This document shows, in pieces, positions 13,709-27,269 of a stretch of DNA of 64,000 nucleotides. A program made the translations under genes and the position numbers. Origin of the DNA: Octopus vulgaris (lineage: Eukaryota); the NCBI GenBank assembly GCA_951406725.2, contig OX597832.1, positions 27,156,001-27,220,000 on the forward strand, written 5' to 3'. The notes under the pieces are model-generated. The model worked only from the letters and a program-made list of their open reading frames with translations, was not told where the DNA came from and did not search any database. Each line of letters begins with the position of its first letter. The stretch's first letter is position 1.

Positions 13709-14289
13709 TCACACAAACACATACATACAGACATTCATCATATGCGACAGAAGTATTATAGTTCGAAACATTATTCTGTGTATCATCCTTGCTGCAGTTA
13801 TATCGTTGAAAGCCTACTAAACTGTGGTATTGGTCGCGAGAAAGCATCTCTTACTGATGTATAGTGTTAAAAAACACTGAACGGCATCAGACGAAAACAA
13901 ATATTGTCCAGCAACGACGCTGGCATTGCGAAATGCGCATTTCTGCTTCTTTGCGCTTCGTCAGCAGCATGAACGCGTTAGAAACTGCATGTTAAGACAA
14001 AAGCAGCCGCTACTGATATGATAAAACAGTGATTGAAAAATCATTGACATCGCAATTAGTCGGCAGGATTACTTAAGAATTTTAATTCATTATGTGCGAT
14101 GGGAGTAGAAGTCGTATAAAATAGCATTCTGTGCATCACACTTAAAGCAGATAGATACACATATATGAGAAAGAGGGAGAGAGGGACGTTGTTAACAGCA
14201 ATGCTGGTTATCCTCATAAGGCCAAAACGTGTCCATTATGTTGACCAGTTGTAATGTAACTTGTGATCCATTCGAGACAGTTTAATCTA

Positions 14290-14735
14290 CATCAGTCTAC
14301 ATCTCAAATGGGGTCCACATGACCCTGGAGGGGGTGGAGGTCCCAATAAAGTTTTTTTTATGTGCAATTATTTGGTTATATTTTTAGAATACTCAAAATA
14401 TTTTAACATTTTTATTTTTATACAATATTTAATCAGAACAGTGCCAAAGGAAGAGGAAACCGAATGAAGCACAGAGCGGAAGTTTGTGTCTCAAATATCC
14501 ATTGAAAATATTGATTTCCCATTTTGACACAAAGCCAGCAATTTTGGAGGAAGGGTTAAATCGATTACATCGACCCCAGTATTTCACTGGTACTTATTTT
14601 ATCGACCCTGAAGGATGAAAGGCAAAGTCGACCTTTGAACTCAGAACATAAATAGGAATTTCCTACGAGGGTCAACTACAGTAAAATTACAATCAAAGGG
14701 TCCATAAGCGAAAAAAAAAAATGGTTGCGAATGAA
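14290..14735 (+). mobile_element. Decayed hAT/Charlie-like MITE carrying a SINE-B fragment (14520-14650, minus)
   Basis: Ends loosely resemble CAGTGGTTCTCAA...GGTTGAGAA termini with ggggtcc subterminal motifs. Confidence 0.35.
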
Positions 14736-15014
14736 GACTACATTCTGCAAAAATCTCAGATGATGTCATTTTTGTTATATGCTCCTTCTCGTTTTTATAG
14801 AATTTAATCATTTTGGAGGGAGTTTTTGTTTACTTATTACATGAATAATCATAATTAGTTAGTCGTGATTGTCTCCAACTCTCTATGTCACGTGATATCC
14901 TGTCTTTTTAGTATCTGTCATGAAGGTTTATACAACAACACTGCCGTAATTTTTCTCTCAGTTTGTGTGTGAGTGTGTGTGTCTACAACTTTTATACGCC
15001 TAATTATAAAGATG

Positions 15015-15221
15015 GCGATGATGATAATCATGGCAGAGTTGATGAGTGTGGTGGCGGCTATGATGGTGGTGGCATGATGATGATGACGATGATGATGGTG
15101 ATGTTGATGATGATGATGATGACGATGATGATGATGATGTTGATGATGATGATGATGGTGATGATGTTGATGATGATGATGATGATGATGTTGATTGATG
15201 ATGAGGATGATGATGATGATC

Positions 15222-15258
<37 letters not shown>

Positions 15259-15291
15259 CGATGATGACGATGATGATGACGATGATGATGT

Positions 15292-15324
<33 letters not shown>

Positions 15325-15465
15325 CGATGATGTTGATGATGATGATGATGGTGATGATGTTGATGATGATGGTGATGATGTTGATTGATGATGAGGATGA
15401 TGATGATGATGACGACGACGATGATGATGATGACGAAGATGATGATGATGATGATGACGATGGCT

Positions 15466-15538
<73 letters not shown>

Positions 15539-15650
15539 CGATGATGATGATGATGATGATTACGATGATGATGATGATGATGACGATGATGACGATGATG
15601 ATGATGATGATGACGACGATGATGTTGATGATGATGATGATGATGTTTTT
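15015..15650. repeat. (GAT)n microsatellite, ~600 bp
   Basis: Direct reading. Confidence 0.95.
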
Positions 15651-16331
15651 GGTGATTGATGGTGTTTCTTAATGGTACGGCAAGCAGAAGATACGTTTTG
15701 AGTAGACATCTATTATCTGTTGCCGCTAACGTTGATCACATTTGTTGACAACAACAACAACAACAACAACAACAGCCACAACAACAACAATACCAACAAC
15801 AAGAACAACAGCAGCAGCACTGCTCGCGGGTGGTGATGGTGGCGGTGCTGAAGCTCCGAGCGTAAGCGGAGACGACGGGCGTTAATTATAATAAAAATAA
15901 TATTACCGCTTCCCCCCTCCTCCCGTCCACCGCTCAGCAAATCTACACGCCGACCCACCCACCCGCCCCACCCCCTCTATTTTTAAAGTTTACCATGTAA
16001 GCGACCTCAGATGCAATACATTTAGTTGTAGGTTCTATGTTTAGTTGTAGTAGTAGTAGTAGTAGTAGTAGTAGTCATAATAATAATTATTACTCAGCTC
16101 TCTCTGTCTCTCTAACAGAGAATCTCTCTCACTACTTTCTTTCTCATGTTTATATATATATATATATATACATATATATACATACCAACTAGGTGTGTGT
16201 CTACATGTATGTATGTATGTATGTATGTATGTATGTATGTATGTATGTATGTATGTATGTTTGTATTTCGTCATATATACAATAAAAAACGTTAACTGCA
16301 TATTTTGCGTATTTCTTGCCAGTTAATAACG

Positions 16332-16397
<66 letters not shown>

Positions 16398-16438
16398 ATA
16401 TGTATGTATATATATGTGTATATATATGTATATATATG

Positions 16439-16564
<126 letters not shown>

Positions 16565-16716
16565 CACATATCCACACGTGTATACATAGAAAAATACAAA
16601 CATATACGTGTGTGTGTGTGTGTGTTCGTGTTCGTGTTGTGTTTTATTGCATATTTATTATACACCTGCACGTATGTATATGCAGATATGTGTGTACATA
16701 CATGTTGTTATAGCTG

Positions 16717-16764
<48 letters not shown>

Positions 16765-16971
16765 AATGTATTTTTATACGTATGTTATATATTTATGTAT
16801 GTACATTATGTATTTCATTGTAATATATAATAAACTCAGACTGTCTTTCAAACATTAGAAGCACGCATGAAGATAAAATATTTATATTATTACATATTAA
16901 TGAATATCTGGAAAAACTCTGGCTGTCTACCTGTCTACCTGCCTGTCCGTCTGCCTGCCTGTCTGCCTGCA

Positions 16972-17038
<67 letters not shown>

Positions 17039-17745
17039 AAGTATGTGTGTGTGTGTGTATGCACGTACACACACACGCACACACACATATATAATCCTTT
17101 TGCCTTTTGTTTCCTTCTGAATGTCAAAATCCTCAGTTGGCCTTTATCTGATCCAGGTCACAACTGGATCTTCTGGCCTGCACCACCGTTTCCATTGACT
17201 TCAACACCATCCCCCTCCATGGGCTCTCTCTGGAATAACCTCGTGTTAATAGAGGTTCGTCAGGACCTAGGAGTTCATACAGACCTCACTTTACGAAATG
17301 TCCGTATTGCTGAACAAATTTGACCATGAGCCAAGGGTCAGAGTTGTTAGCAATATGTTTGGCGGTGGTCCTTGTATCTCCGAGAACCAGAGACTGTGAT
17401 ACTACCACGTAGACAGGGCGTCTCTCTTACTAGCTGTATCTGTCCCACCCTCCCACCTCATTTCCGCTCCCAAATATTAGGAGCGCCCTTCCATATGCTT
17501 TGCCCTAGACGTTCTGTCACGCAATGTTTAGAGTTTTTCCTAAATCCTTTTCGATCATTCGGAATGTTGTCCTACCCATCACCACTACTTGCGTTTATGA
17601 AAATGGAAACTCTGTCGCCTCACTTCCCGGATATTGCTGGAAAAAGTGGTAGAGAAGTACTATCATTTGTGACACACCTCTATCAATTCTTTACATTATT
17701 TACACTATTTACATTCGACAGATATTTGTCCTCATCTTTGTTGTT

Positions 17746-17791
17746 AACACAACGTTTCGGCTGATATACCCTCCAGCCTTCTTCAGGTGTC
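17746..17791 (-). ncRNA. Minimal type I hammerhead-ribozyme-like motif (Penelope-associated type)
   Basis: GACAC-CUGAAGA-A-GGCUG(loop)CAGCC-GAAAC-GUU-GUGUU: stem I 5 bp, stem II 5-6 bp, palindromic AACGUU in place of stem III. Confidence 0.7.
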
Positions 17792-17904
17792 TTGGGGAAA
17801 TTTCGAACCTGGGTTCTCATTCCTAAGCTGTGAGTTTTAATACAATAATAATAACACTGAAAAAGAAAAAAAAGAGATCGAGAGCACTATAGCGCAAACC
17901 AAGC

Positions 17905-18390
17905 GTAAGACCATGTTTTGGCCACGAATTGGAGGGTCAACCTTAGGAATGAGTAAGTGTCTCCACTGTGCCGCATTTGTAATAGAGCGAACAAAGCCAT
18001 TGTCCATATGCACGAACGAATGCCATAGACTTGCCCCAAACCACTACAAGTCGTGACGGCAGGATCAGGTAACTAAAGTGCTACATTGGAAACTGTGCGA
18101 AAAGTGTGTGTGTGTGTGTGGGGGGGGCTAGAGAGAGGCAAGGCGTGGTATGAGCACAAACCACAGACAGTGGGGGAGTCGGAGACCAGCAAAATCTTCT
18201 GGGATTTCCCAATCCAAACAGACCAGGTGCTAGAGCATAACAAACCAGACCTAGTGGTAGTTGGCAAAATGCACCTCATGTGCTATATAGTTGGTGTTGC
18301 GTGATCCTTTGACCCGCAAATAGTCAAGGAGGAAGGCGAAAAATTATATAAATACAACCCTCTTAAGTACGAAATAGCCCGGCTATGAAA
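17905..18390 (+). mobile_element. R4/Dong-like non-LTR retrotransposon fragment (CCHC finger plus restriction-like endonuclease), pseudogenised
   Basis: SPLCRIC...NECHRLAPNHYK..RQDQVTKVLHWKLCEK; WYEHKP...KIFWDFPIQTD..LEHNKPDLVVV...EKLYKYNPLKYEIARL; stops and frameshifts. Confidence 0.85.
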
Positions 18391-18534
18391 TAAAAATAAA
18401 AAATTCCTGATACCATGCCGCGGGATCGAAAGCAGGACCTTGTGATTGCAAAGGGAGTTTCTTAATTATTTGTTCAGATTGCACGCCTACACATATTGTC
18501 TTTGCCTCTCAGACATACACACGTATTGGTAATG

Positions 18535-18566
<32 letters not shown>

Positions 18567-18769
18567 ACACACACACATACACACACACACACAAATACAT
18601 ACATACATGCATTCATCCATACATTTATACATACAATGACGCTGATATATTATTCATAGATATGTGACGCATACATGCACACGCAAACATACATTTGCAC
18701 ACAGACACACAGACCCAACACACACACACACATACACACACGTCTTCTGCTTTAAAAGTACGTAGCTTA

Positions 18770-19030
18770 TCGAGCACTTCCACGTCAGACACCTCCCCCG
18801 CCAGACACCTCCGCCTCGCCCCCTCCTCTCCAATATTAATCAACATAAAATTGATTGAAACTCTGTTTAGAAGTGAAAGGACAGAAGCAATCATGGCGGC
18901 GTCGATAGACCGGAAATAGGTTTGTACACCGGAAATAGAGGAATCGTATGTCACAATGGCTTGTAATTGTTCGCTTAGATAGCGTCGTTGTTTGTTATTG
19001 CCTCCAGAAACAATGGCGACAATATGTTTG
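18770..19030. promoter_or_regulatory. Candidate promoter or enhancer
   Basis: CpG-richer unique island: ccacgtca, GC boxes, YY1-like catggcggc and aatggcga, two ETS-like accggaaatag (18909, 18928). Confidence 0.4.
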
Positions 19031-19438
19031 TGGGTTGTCGAGGACGTATTACACACAATTGCCAATTGTAATTAAATATCATTGAAAGTTTAACAATATT
19101 GTTGTTGTTCTCCTCCGGTCAACTCTTATTGATCAGACATATTCTTTCTTTAAAACTAAGATCTGGCTGTTATTTCTAGCAAATCGAAAGTCCAGGTAAA
19201 TGAACCGTCTTTGGTTCATAGTGAGTTTCGTGTTAGAATTTAACGGAAGAAAAATATTTTATTTTCGTTTCTATTTGAAATAGTTTTATGGTGTCCCCTG
19301 AGAGAACTATAAAACCGGACATGTTGACGAGTGGTCAGTAATGTTATATCCAGCCAACGGCGATGTTTTGTATTAATGGTCAAGATAATTGATCCTCAAC
19401 AATGTAAGTTCCAGTCCACCTAGCCGTAAGCAGGTACC

Positions 19439-19610
19439 TATTTCTTTATTACCCACAAGGGGCTAAACATAGAGGGGACAAACAAGGACAGACATAGGTA
19501 TTAAGTCGATTACATCGACCCCAGTACGCAACTGGTGCTTAATTTATCGACCCCGAAAGGATGAAAGGCAAAGTCGACCTCAGCGGAATTTGAACTCACA
19601 ACGTAACGAC
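19439..19610 (-). mobile_element. SINE family B, 5'-truncated, inserted at GGTACC inside another SINE remnant
   Basis: caggtacc|tatttctttattacccacaagggg...; host remnant ccagtccacctagccgtaag on the left, catacgccatagaaaccggg on the right. Confidence 0.8.
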
Positions 19611-20631
19611 ACATACGCCATAGAAACCGGGAAACCGGGCCCATGAGCCTGGCTAGGCTTGGAAACGGCGCATAAATGAATAAATTGAAATGATATATCA
19701 TAGTTTTTTCAGAATCTAGTTGGTTTAATTGTCTTCAATCTCTGCTGTCCAAAGAAATTCGATCAACTGAAGTAAAAAAAAAAAAAAAAATCGATATTCA
19801 ACGAAGAGAATGGGATTAGATCCAACGACGAGTCCCGCTCCAGTCATTCTATTTTGCTAGAAATAGTAACCTAATCTCCCTCGTATCATATCCTACTGGC
19901 TTCTTTAAGGAATGGATACTTTGGACAATGTAGCTTTTGATACACTATGCCTGAAAGGAAAAGTGATGGTCACGGATAGAAGGCTTTTGATCATAAATTT
20001 CCTGGATCAGAACTAACATCGGGTTAAACAACTGAAATGGAAAAAAAAAAACCCAGAAAAAAGCTAGTAACATTTTTTTCCTTTTAAAATCATCTAATTT
20101 TTGGTACAAATCATTTGACTGCGGCCATACTGGGGCACAAATACCGCGTATGTGTATGTGTGAGAGATACGGAAAGGCAGGGTAAGAAATTGAGAACATA
20201 TGCTAATCAAGGGGGATTACTCTATAGGGCTTAAAAGTTGTGCTTGGATTGGAATCGACGACTAACACACACACACACACACGCACACACAACGGGCTTC
20301 TTTCAGTTTCCGTCTGCCAAACCCACTCACAAGGCCCGAGGCTATAGTATATATATGTGTGTGTGTGTGTGTGTGTGGATAAATATATATATATACGCTG
20401 TGTGTGTGGGAGGATATGCGTCAGTGATTATGTATGTGTGTTAATGTGTGCATGTGTATGTCAGTATGTGTGCTCATGTATGTAGATATATGTGTGTGTG
20501 TGTGTGTCTGCGTATAAAACGCGAGCAAGATCTTTCCAACGAGTAATCTTATACCCATCACAGTTTCAGATAAACGTCTGCCTCCGTAGTCCCCATCCAC
20601 CATTTAAACGGGATGGCGGGATGGATCGCAT

Positions 20632-20837
20632 CTTATCTCCGTTAAACCAAGACTTTTATCTCCGTTAAACGGGGGGAAAATACTTTATCTTCATTAAACG
20701 AACAATTTATGATCCATAAACGGCGGTGGAGGGTAGAAGCTTATCTCCACTAAACGAGGCATTTATCTCCGTTAAACGGGTAGATGAGCTGGAGGAAGAA
20801 GACAAACACACACACACACAAACTATCTTTGTTAAGC
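20632..20837 (+). promoter_or_regulatory. Array of a 16-bp motif YTTATCTCCGTTAAAC (6 clear copies plus 1 degenerate) with unrelated spacers
   Basis: Copies at 20632, 20655, 20684, 20706, 20740, 20762 and 20822. Confidence 0.6.
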
Positions 20838-20938
20838 GTCGATCTTAACCGACGTTCTCACAGCATCGGAGACAGTCTCAAGTCTTTAATAAACAAAATA
20901 TAACATACAGCAGCACAACAACACCAAATACGTAAGAG

Positions 20939-21165
20939 CATGGTAGTCCTGGTTTAGGACGAATGTTGCGGTAATTTAGCCCCAGGAGACATCGTCTCCA
21001 GCTGGCCATATGACATGCATGATCTGTGTCCTTATATTTTCGAACGAGGGAATCTAACAGAAATCGTGTCGTATAAGGACACAGATCGTGTCGTACAGCC
21101 AGTTGGAGACGATGTCTCCTGGGGCTAAATTACAGCAACATTCGTCCTAAACCGGGACTGCCATG
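20939..21165. mobile_element. Foldback/MITE-like element with ~95-bp terminal inverted repeats
   Basis: catggtagtcctggtttaggacgaatgttgc...gatctgtgtccttata pairs with tataaggacacagatc...gcaacattcgtcctaaaccgggactgccatg. Confidence 0.85.
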
Positions 21166-21556
21166 TTATGTTGGCAAACAATCTTTATTCCAAAGTACTG
21201 TTGCTGAATATCTCTCGATGTGAGATTTAAAAATAGTAATTTTCTACGTAAGAACAGCCCCTGGCAAAATTAAAGATCCCTTTCATATTTAGAACAAACA
21301 GGGGTATCTTTCGGGGTGGGGGCGAAGAGGTAGGACAAATATCCATAACCTCATCAGCAACATCAGCCGACACCACCAACGCCGCCGCCACCGCTGCCGC
21401 CAGTGTCTCCACCGCCACTGCCGCTACCGCCAGTGCCGCTACGCACGTACACGCACACACATAAATGCATATATATATAACAACACACACAAGCACACAC
21501 ATACACGTATTTATATAGACACGCCAACGTACAGCTCATTTGTCCTCTCTATTATC

Positions 21557-21624
<68 letters not shown>

Positions 21625-21981
21625 GTTTATATGCAAGATTTTTATAGTCGTGTTTGAAACAGAATAAGAAAATGGAGCCAATAAAAACACACGCACTATA
21701 TATTTGGTGTTATTTTGCTTCAGTGATATTTATTTTTTACATTAATCAGATTCCTTTCAATCATCAACTTACAGATAATACCAATTCATATAATTTATTA
21801 ACTAATTAAATATGAACATGCAAATTCAACAGAATAAAACAGAATAAAACAATATACATCAATAAGTAAGATAATACCATAAAAATATTACATATTAGCC
21901 TTTTGGGTACTTCACTGGCAGTATATTGGATAACTGATATCCCATAGTGGGTTACACTCATAACCCCTATCTCACTTTGTA

Positions 21982-22026
<45 letters not shown>

Positions 22027-22170
22027 TTAGCTCTAATATTTTGCAGCAGGCTGTGGTGTATCTGGCGTTACTGACGTACCTCAGACTTCACTTCCTGTTT
22101 CGAAATCTCTAAAGATGAGAGCAGACACACACAGATACACACACGAACACACAGACACAGACACACAGAG

Positions 22171-22237
<67 letters not shown>

Positions 22238-22388
22238 CACACACACACATATCTTCCCGTCTGAATATTCTTTTTCTTCCTGAAGGCATTGACCTGCAAA
22301 TATTCAAGGTAGCCATCGTCTGCATCGATCTCAGAAGCATGGGAGGATGAAAACCTTACGGTCAGTGCTCTTATCCCTCCCACCCATG

Positions 22389-22423
<35 letters not shown>

Positions 22424-23319
22424 TTACGTGTAAATAAAAGCATATCGTAGATTATTCAAGAATTGAATAACTTTCCGCAAAGTTCCTGAAGAAGGCCTCG
22501 GTATAATTTCGTGTCGTATAATTTTGAAAGGAAAATTGAAGATGCCTCGAATGACTGAAAATTTTGTGAACACAATTGGAACCGAATGACAGTCGATCAG
22601 AAGTTATATTGTTGAAACGATGAGTAAGTTTTCCTGAAAATTATTATGAAAGTTGTTGAAACGTCGGCGTCTTGTTACCACTTAAAGTAGGTTTGTGACC
22701 CTTCTTCAAAAAGCAAGCCCTTCTGGGCACAAATATGAAGGTGATATTGGCCTGCTTTTTATCAAAAGGTCATCGTTCAACAGGATTCTTTTCAACTGGT
22801 CAGAAATCAATGATCAGTTTTATGTGTCTTGGAGCGTTTGAAGGAGGGAGTGCAAAGGAAGAGGTCCGAGGAATAAATAACGAAAACCTGAATACTACAG
22901 AAGGACATCGCCCCATTCTCTATTCGTGACGTTTTGGCAAAGCACGAGACACGAGACAACTCCTGGCTCCCCAATCGCCCTACTTCGCCCCTGCGAAAGC
23001 ATTTTTTGATCTCTACTGAGTTGGAATATACCCTGAAACGAAGCTGATTCCAGGTAATAGAAAAGACCGTCGAAAATTCAGAACGAGAACTGCGCCCTAA
23101 CTCTGAAAACATACTTCATGAAGGATGCCAAAAGTAGACTAAAAACGTTGGTAGCTGAGTATCATCAAGAAAGGGAATTAATACGAAGAACAGAGGTCAG
23201 CTTAAACTGTAGGTAATGGAACAAATTTCTTTTTCTTTTTGGATATACCCCATGTGTGTGTATGTGCTTATATACGAACACAAGCAAACACATATAACTC
23301 TCTCTCCTTCTCTCTCTCA

Positions 23320-23379
<60 letters not shown>

Positions 23380-23852
23380 GAATTTTCTCGGATTTTTAAA
23401 TTCAATGCATCTCTTAGTGCTTGGTCTCTATTGGCCATGGTTGTTCTTGCAAACAGCATATATTCACGTGTGTATGCAGTAATCTGCTTTAACTTTGGTC
23501 AGTTCCACGATGGAGATAGTCTCATACGAAAGCTTAGTTCCTTTACACACCTTTCAGGAATTAATATCAGACCAAATAAAGGTCGGTTGAGTTCGTCGGT
23601 CTTGCTTTACATCGTATAAATAGAGGAGGACAGAAAGCAAAAGAGAAATACACAGAGAGTTAGCAGTAGAGGTACTGGATGTATACACATACTAAGCTTG
23701 GTGGCAGGCAATGAATGAAAGAACTCTGCAGATACAGAGACAGGGAGAAAAAAAATCATTGAAACGGAGTAGGAGGTGGAGGCGGAGGAAAGAAGTAAAT
23801 GACAGTTATGTGATAGGTTATACAAGCAAGAAATTTGGTTTACTTGATTTGA

Positions 23853-23886
<34 letters not shown>

Positions 23887-23888
23887 CC

Positions 23889-23922
<34 letters not shown>

Positions 23923-23959
23923 CATCTATCTATCTATCTATCTATCTGTCTATCTATCC

Positions 23960-23996
<37 letters not shown>

Positions 23997-23998
23997 CC

Positions 23999-24040
<42 letters not shown>

Positions 24041-24061
24041 CATCTATCTATCTATCTATCC

Positions 24062-24098
<37 letters not shown>

Positions 24099-24100
24099 CC

Positions 24101-24150
<50 letters not shown>

Positions 24151-24191
24151 CATCTATCTATCTATCTATCTATCTATCTGTCTATCTATCC

Positions 24192-24224
<33 letters not shown>

Positions 24225-24226
24225 CC

Positions 24227-24264
<38 letters not shown>

Positions 24265-24265
24265 C

Positions 24266-24314
<49 letters not shown>

Positions 24315-24316
24315 CC

Positions 24317-24358
<42 letters not shown>

Positions 24359-24359
24359 C

Positions 24360-24440
<81 letters not shown>

Positions 24441-24442
24441 CC

Positions 24443-24476
<34 letters not shown>

Positions 24477-24477
24477 C

Positions 24478-24522
<45 letters not shown>

Positions 24523-24524
24523 CC

Positions 24525-24580
<56 letters not shown>

Positions 24581-24588
24581 TCTATCTG

Positions 24589-24620
<32 letters not shown>

Positions 24621-24642
24621 CCTATCTATCTATCTATCTATA
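23853..24642. repeat. Higher-order (TCTA)n/(TCTG)n compound microsatellite
   Basis: Seven tacctc(tgtc)n junctions at 23885, 23995, 24097, 24223, 24313, 24439 and 24521. Confidence 0.9.
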
Positions 24643-24982
24643 ATGTGTGCGTGTGTGTGTCTGATCGCAAAGCGAGCTTTCTCTGTTAAAGTTAGTTCAA
24701 ATGTAGCACTCAATACATGATACAATTGTAGTTTTTGTTAGTTTATTTTTGTGTTTTTAAATTTAAAAATTGACCCAACGACCGTTTGTTGCGAAAATTG
24801 CACCAACTGTTAAGCTAGACTTAAATCATAATCGATATTTTATCGACGATATTATCAATCAATAAATAAGAAAATGAAAATGACAAAAATAGAATATTTT
24901 GAACTGTTGAGATTACAATACGAAACGCGAATAAGATTTTCATTTGGCTTTGTGAAGACAAACACAGATACATACATGAAGA

Positions 24983-25019
<37 letters not shown>

Positions 25020-25099
25020 GTCTCTCTCTGTGTAATGTTTATGTTCGTGTGTGTGTGTGTGATGTTTGTATGAGTGTGTGTGTGTGTGTGTGTTGTCCA

Positions 25100-25275
25100 T
25101 CACTTCTTGGCAACCGGTGTTCGTTTATTTACGTTCCCGTGTCTAAACGGTTCTGTAAAAGAAACCGATAGAATAACAGCAGACTTAAATATGAACTGGA
25201 GTCGATTTGTTTGCCTAAATCCTTCGAGGCAATGCACCAGCATGGCCACACTCCAATAACTGAAACAAGCAAAAC
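25100..25275 (+). mobile_element. SINE family A 3' half, diverged
   Basis: caaccggtgtt...tttacgttccc...accgatagaataa...ccagcatggccaca...actgaaacaag. Confidence 0.7.
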
Positions 25276-25819
25276 ATAAAAAATAAACAAAAAAAACCCC
25301 ACCTTCATCGCTTTCGTTTTTCATTTAGAATATATTCTAAGGTGGCTAATTTCAGGGAACACCATACAAGAGTTACTTCCCTTGTGTAGTTCTTTTTTTC
25401 TTTTTTTCATACTTTCTTCCCCGGCGGTTCTCCGTTTCTTCGTCTTTGCCTCAAACTTCAAGACTTTCCACCTTTTAAAAACTTTCCTGACTGCGGCTTT
25501 TGTGATGTATTTATCTAAATCCTGTTGTCACTTGTTAATATCTCTATTGGTAGCTGGATGTCGGAGATGGTTCGTAGCTGGGACCTGTTTTGCCATGTTT
25601 ACGCCTGTCTCTCTCGCTTTTGTGTTCTGATTTCGAAACCCACCGATGTCTTTTGTTAATAATTTCATTCACACCTGGGATGTTTTATAGGAATATTAAA
25701 TCTACCCCAGTATTTCACCCCAGAAGGATGAAAGACAAAGTTAGTCTTAGGATGGTATATAACAATATTAAATTTACCCCAGTATTTCACTGGTATTAAA
25801 TTTTATCAACTGCTAGATA

Positions 25820-26383
25820 ACCTTTTCTACCCTAGGCACAAGGCCCGAAATTTTGCGGAGGAGGCTAATCGACTAGATCGACTCCATTACGCAACTGATA
25901 CTTAATTTATCGATCCCCGAAAGGATGAAAGGAAAAATTGACCTCGGCGGAATTTGAACTCCGAACATAAAGACAGACGAAATACCGCTAAGCATTTAGC
26001 CCGGCGTGCAAACGTTTCTTATTTCTTTATTGCCCACAAGGGGCCAAACATAGAGGGGCAAAACAGGAACAGACAAAGGGATTTAGTTGATTACATCGAC
26101 CCCAGTGCGTTGACTGGTACTTAATTTATCGACCCCGAAAGGATGAAAGGCAAAGTCGATCTCGGCGGAATTTGAAATCAGAACGTAATGGCAGACAAAA
26201 TACCTATTTTTTTTACTACCCACAAGGGGCTAAACACAGAAGGGACAAACAAGGACAGACACACGGATTAAGTCGATTACAAGTGCGTAACTGGTACTTA
26301 TTTGAACTCAGAACGTAGCGGCAGACGAAATACCGCTAAGCATTTCGCCCGGCGTGCTAACGATTCTGCCAGCCCACCGCCTT
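25820..26383 (-). mobile_element. SINE family B nested trimer
   Basis: Old-tail unit 25820-26018, young-tail units from ~26020 and ~26205, single head ending ccgccttg. Confidence 0.85.
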
Positions 26384-27117
26384 GAAGGAGTGTAATACTG
26401 CAAAAGAGACACTGCAGTACCCATGACCAGATACGAACCAGCGACTTCTCCGTTGGCTGGTTGTCCTCTAACCTCTCGACTCAGGTCATCTGAAATATCA
26501 CAATTCTTGCGTATGCAAATTTTCTTAGTTCTCTCTTCTCCTCCTCCTCCTCTTACACACTCTCTCTCTCCTCTTTACTCTGCCCACCCCCCTAATACAT
26601 GCAAATCAAAACAACACAGACATTGTTTACCGACGTTAATTTCTGATTGAAGGCCAAAATCAAAAATAACTTTTAATATAAGAATTGCCAAACCTTTACA
26701 ACTTATTGCCAACTTTACTGCACACTGCTCCTCTTCCGCCCCACCCCCACCGTCCCTCGCACTACCCTTGTCTTTACTGTGTGCCTTTCCGTCTGTCTGT
26801 CTGTCCTTCTCCCCACCTCTCCCTCTCCCGTGTATTTCATATTCTTTCACTGGAAAATCTCGACTTTACAAAACAAAAACAATCATAAAAAAAAATAAGA
26901 AAAAGAAAACAATAACACAAGCATGAATAATAAAAGAAGAAAAAAAACACAAACTTAAGCACAAGCAGATCCCTCTAAAACCATACGGCACACACCCTGC
27001 TCCTCCCGCCCTCCCCTCCACACGAACATCACCTCCAACCCCGCCATCACCATCTCAATTCCTACATTCCATCACCACCACCACCACCACCACCACCACT
27101 ACCACCACCACCACGAC

Positions 27118-27158
<41 letters not shown>

Positions 27159-27190
27159 CCACCACCACCACCACCACCACCACCACCACC

Positions 27191-27245
<55 letters not shown>

Positions 27246-27269
27246 GTATCAATATCAACAGTACAACAA

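Noticed and set aside
17130-17620. Complex unique sequence with 92 and 130 aa ORFs
   Set aside because: No recognisable motif or splice pattern; likely an unidentified transposon relic
20632-20837. CRISPR-like repeat-spacer appearance
   Set aside because: Repeats only 16 bp, spacers 6-18 nt and irregular, eukaryotic context, no cas genes
22480-23160. Further hammerhead-like words (ctgaagaag, gaaacgtc, aaaacgtt)
   Set aside because: No convincing stem I or stem II pairing; possibly old Penelope debris but not supportable
25400-25650. Minus-strand peptide resembling a transposase HTH (ITKAAVRKVFKRW)
   Set aside because: Too short and interrupted by stops to assign
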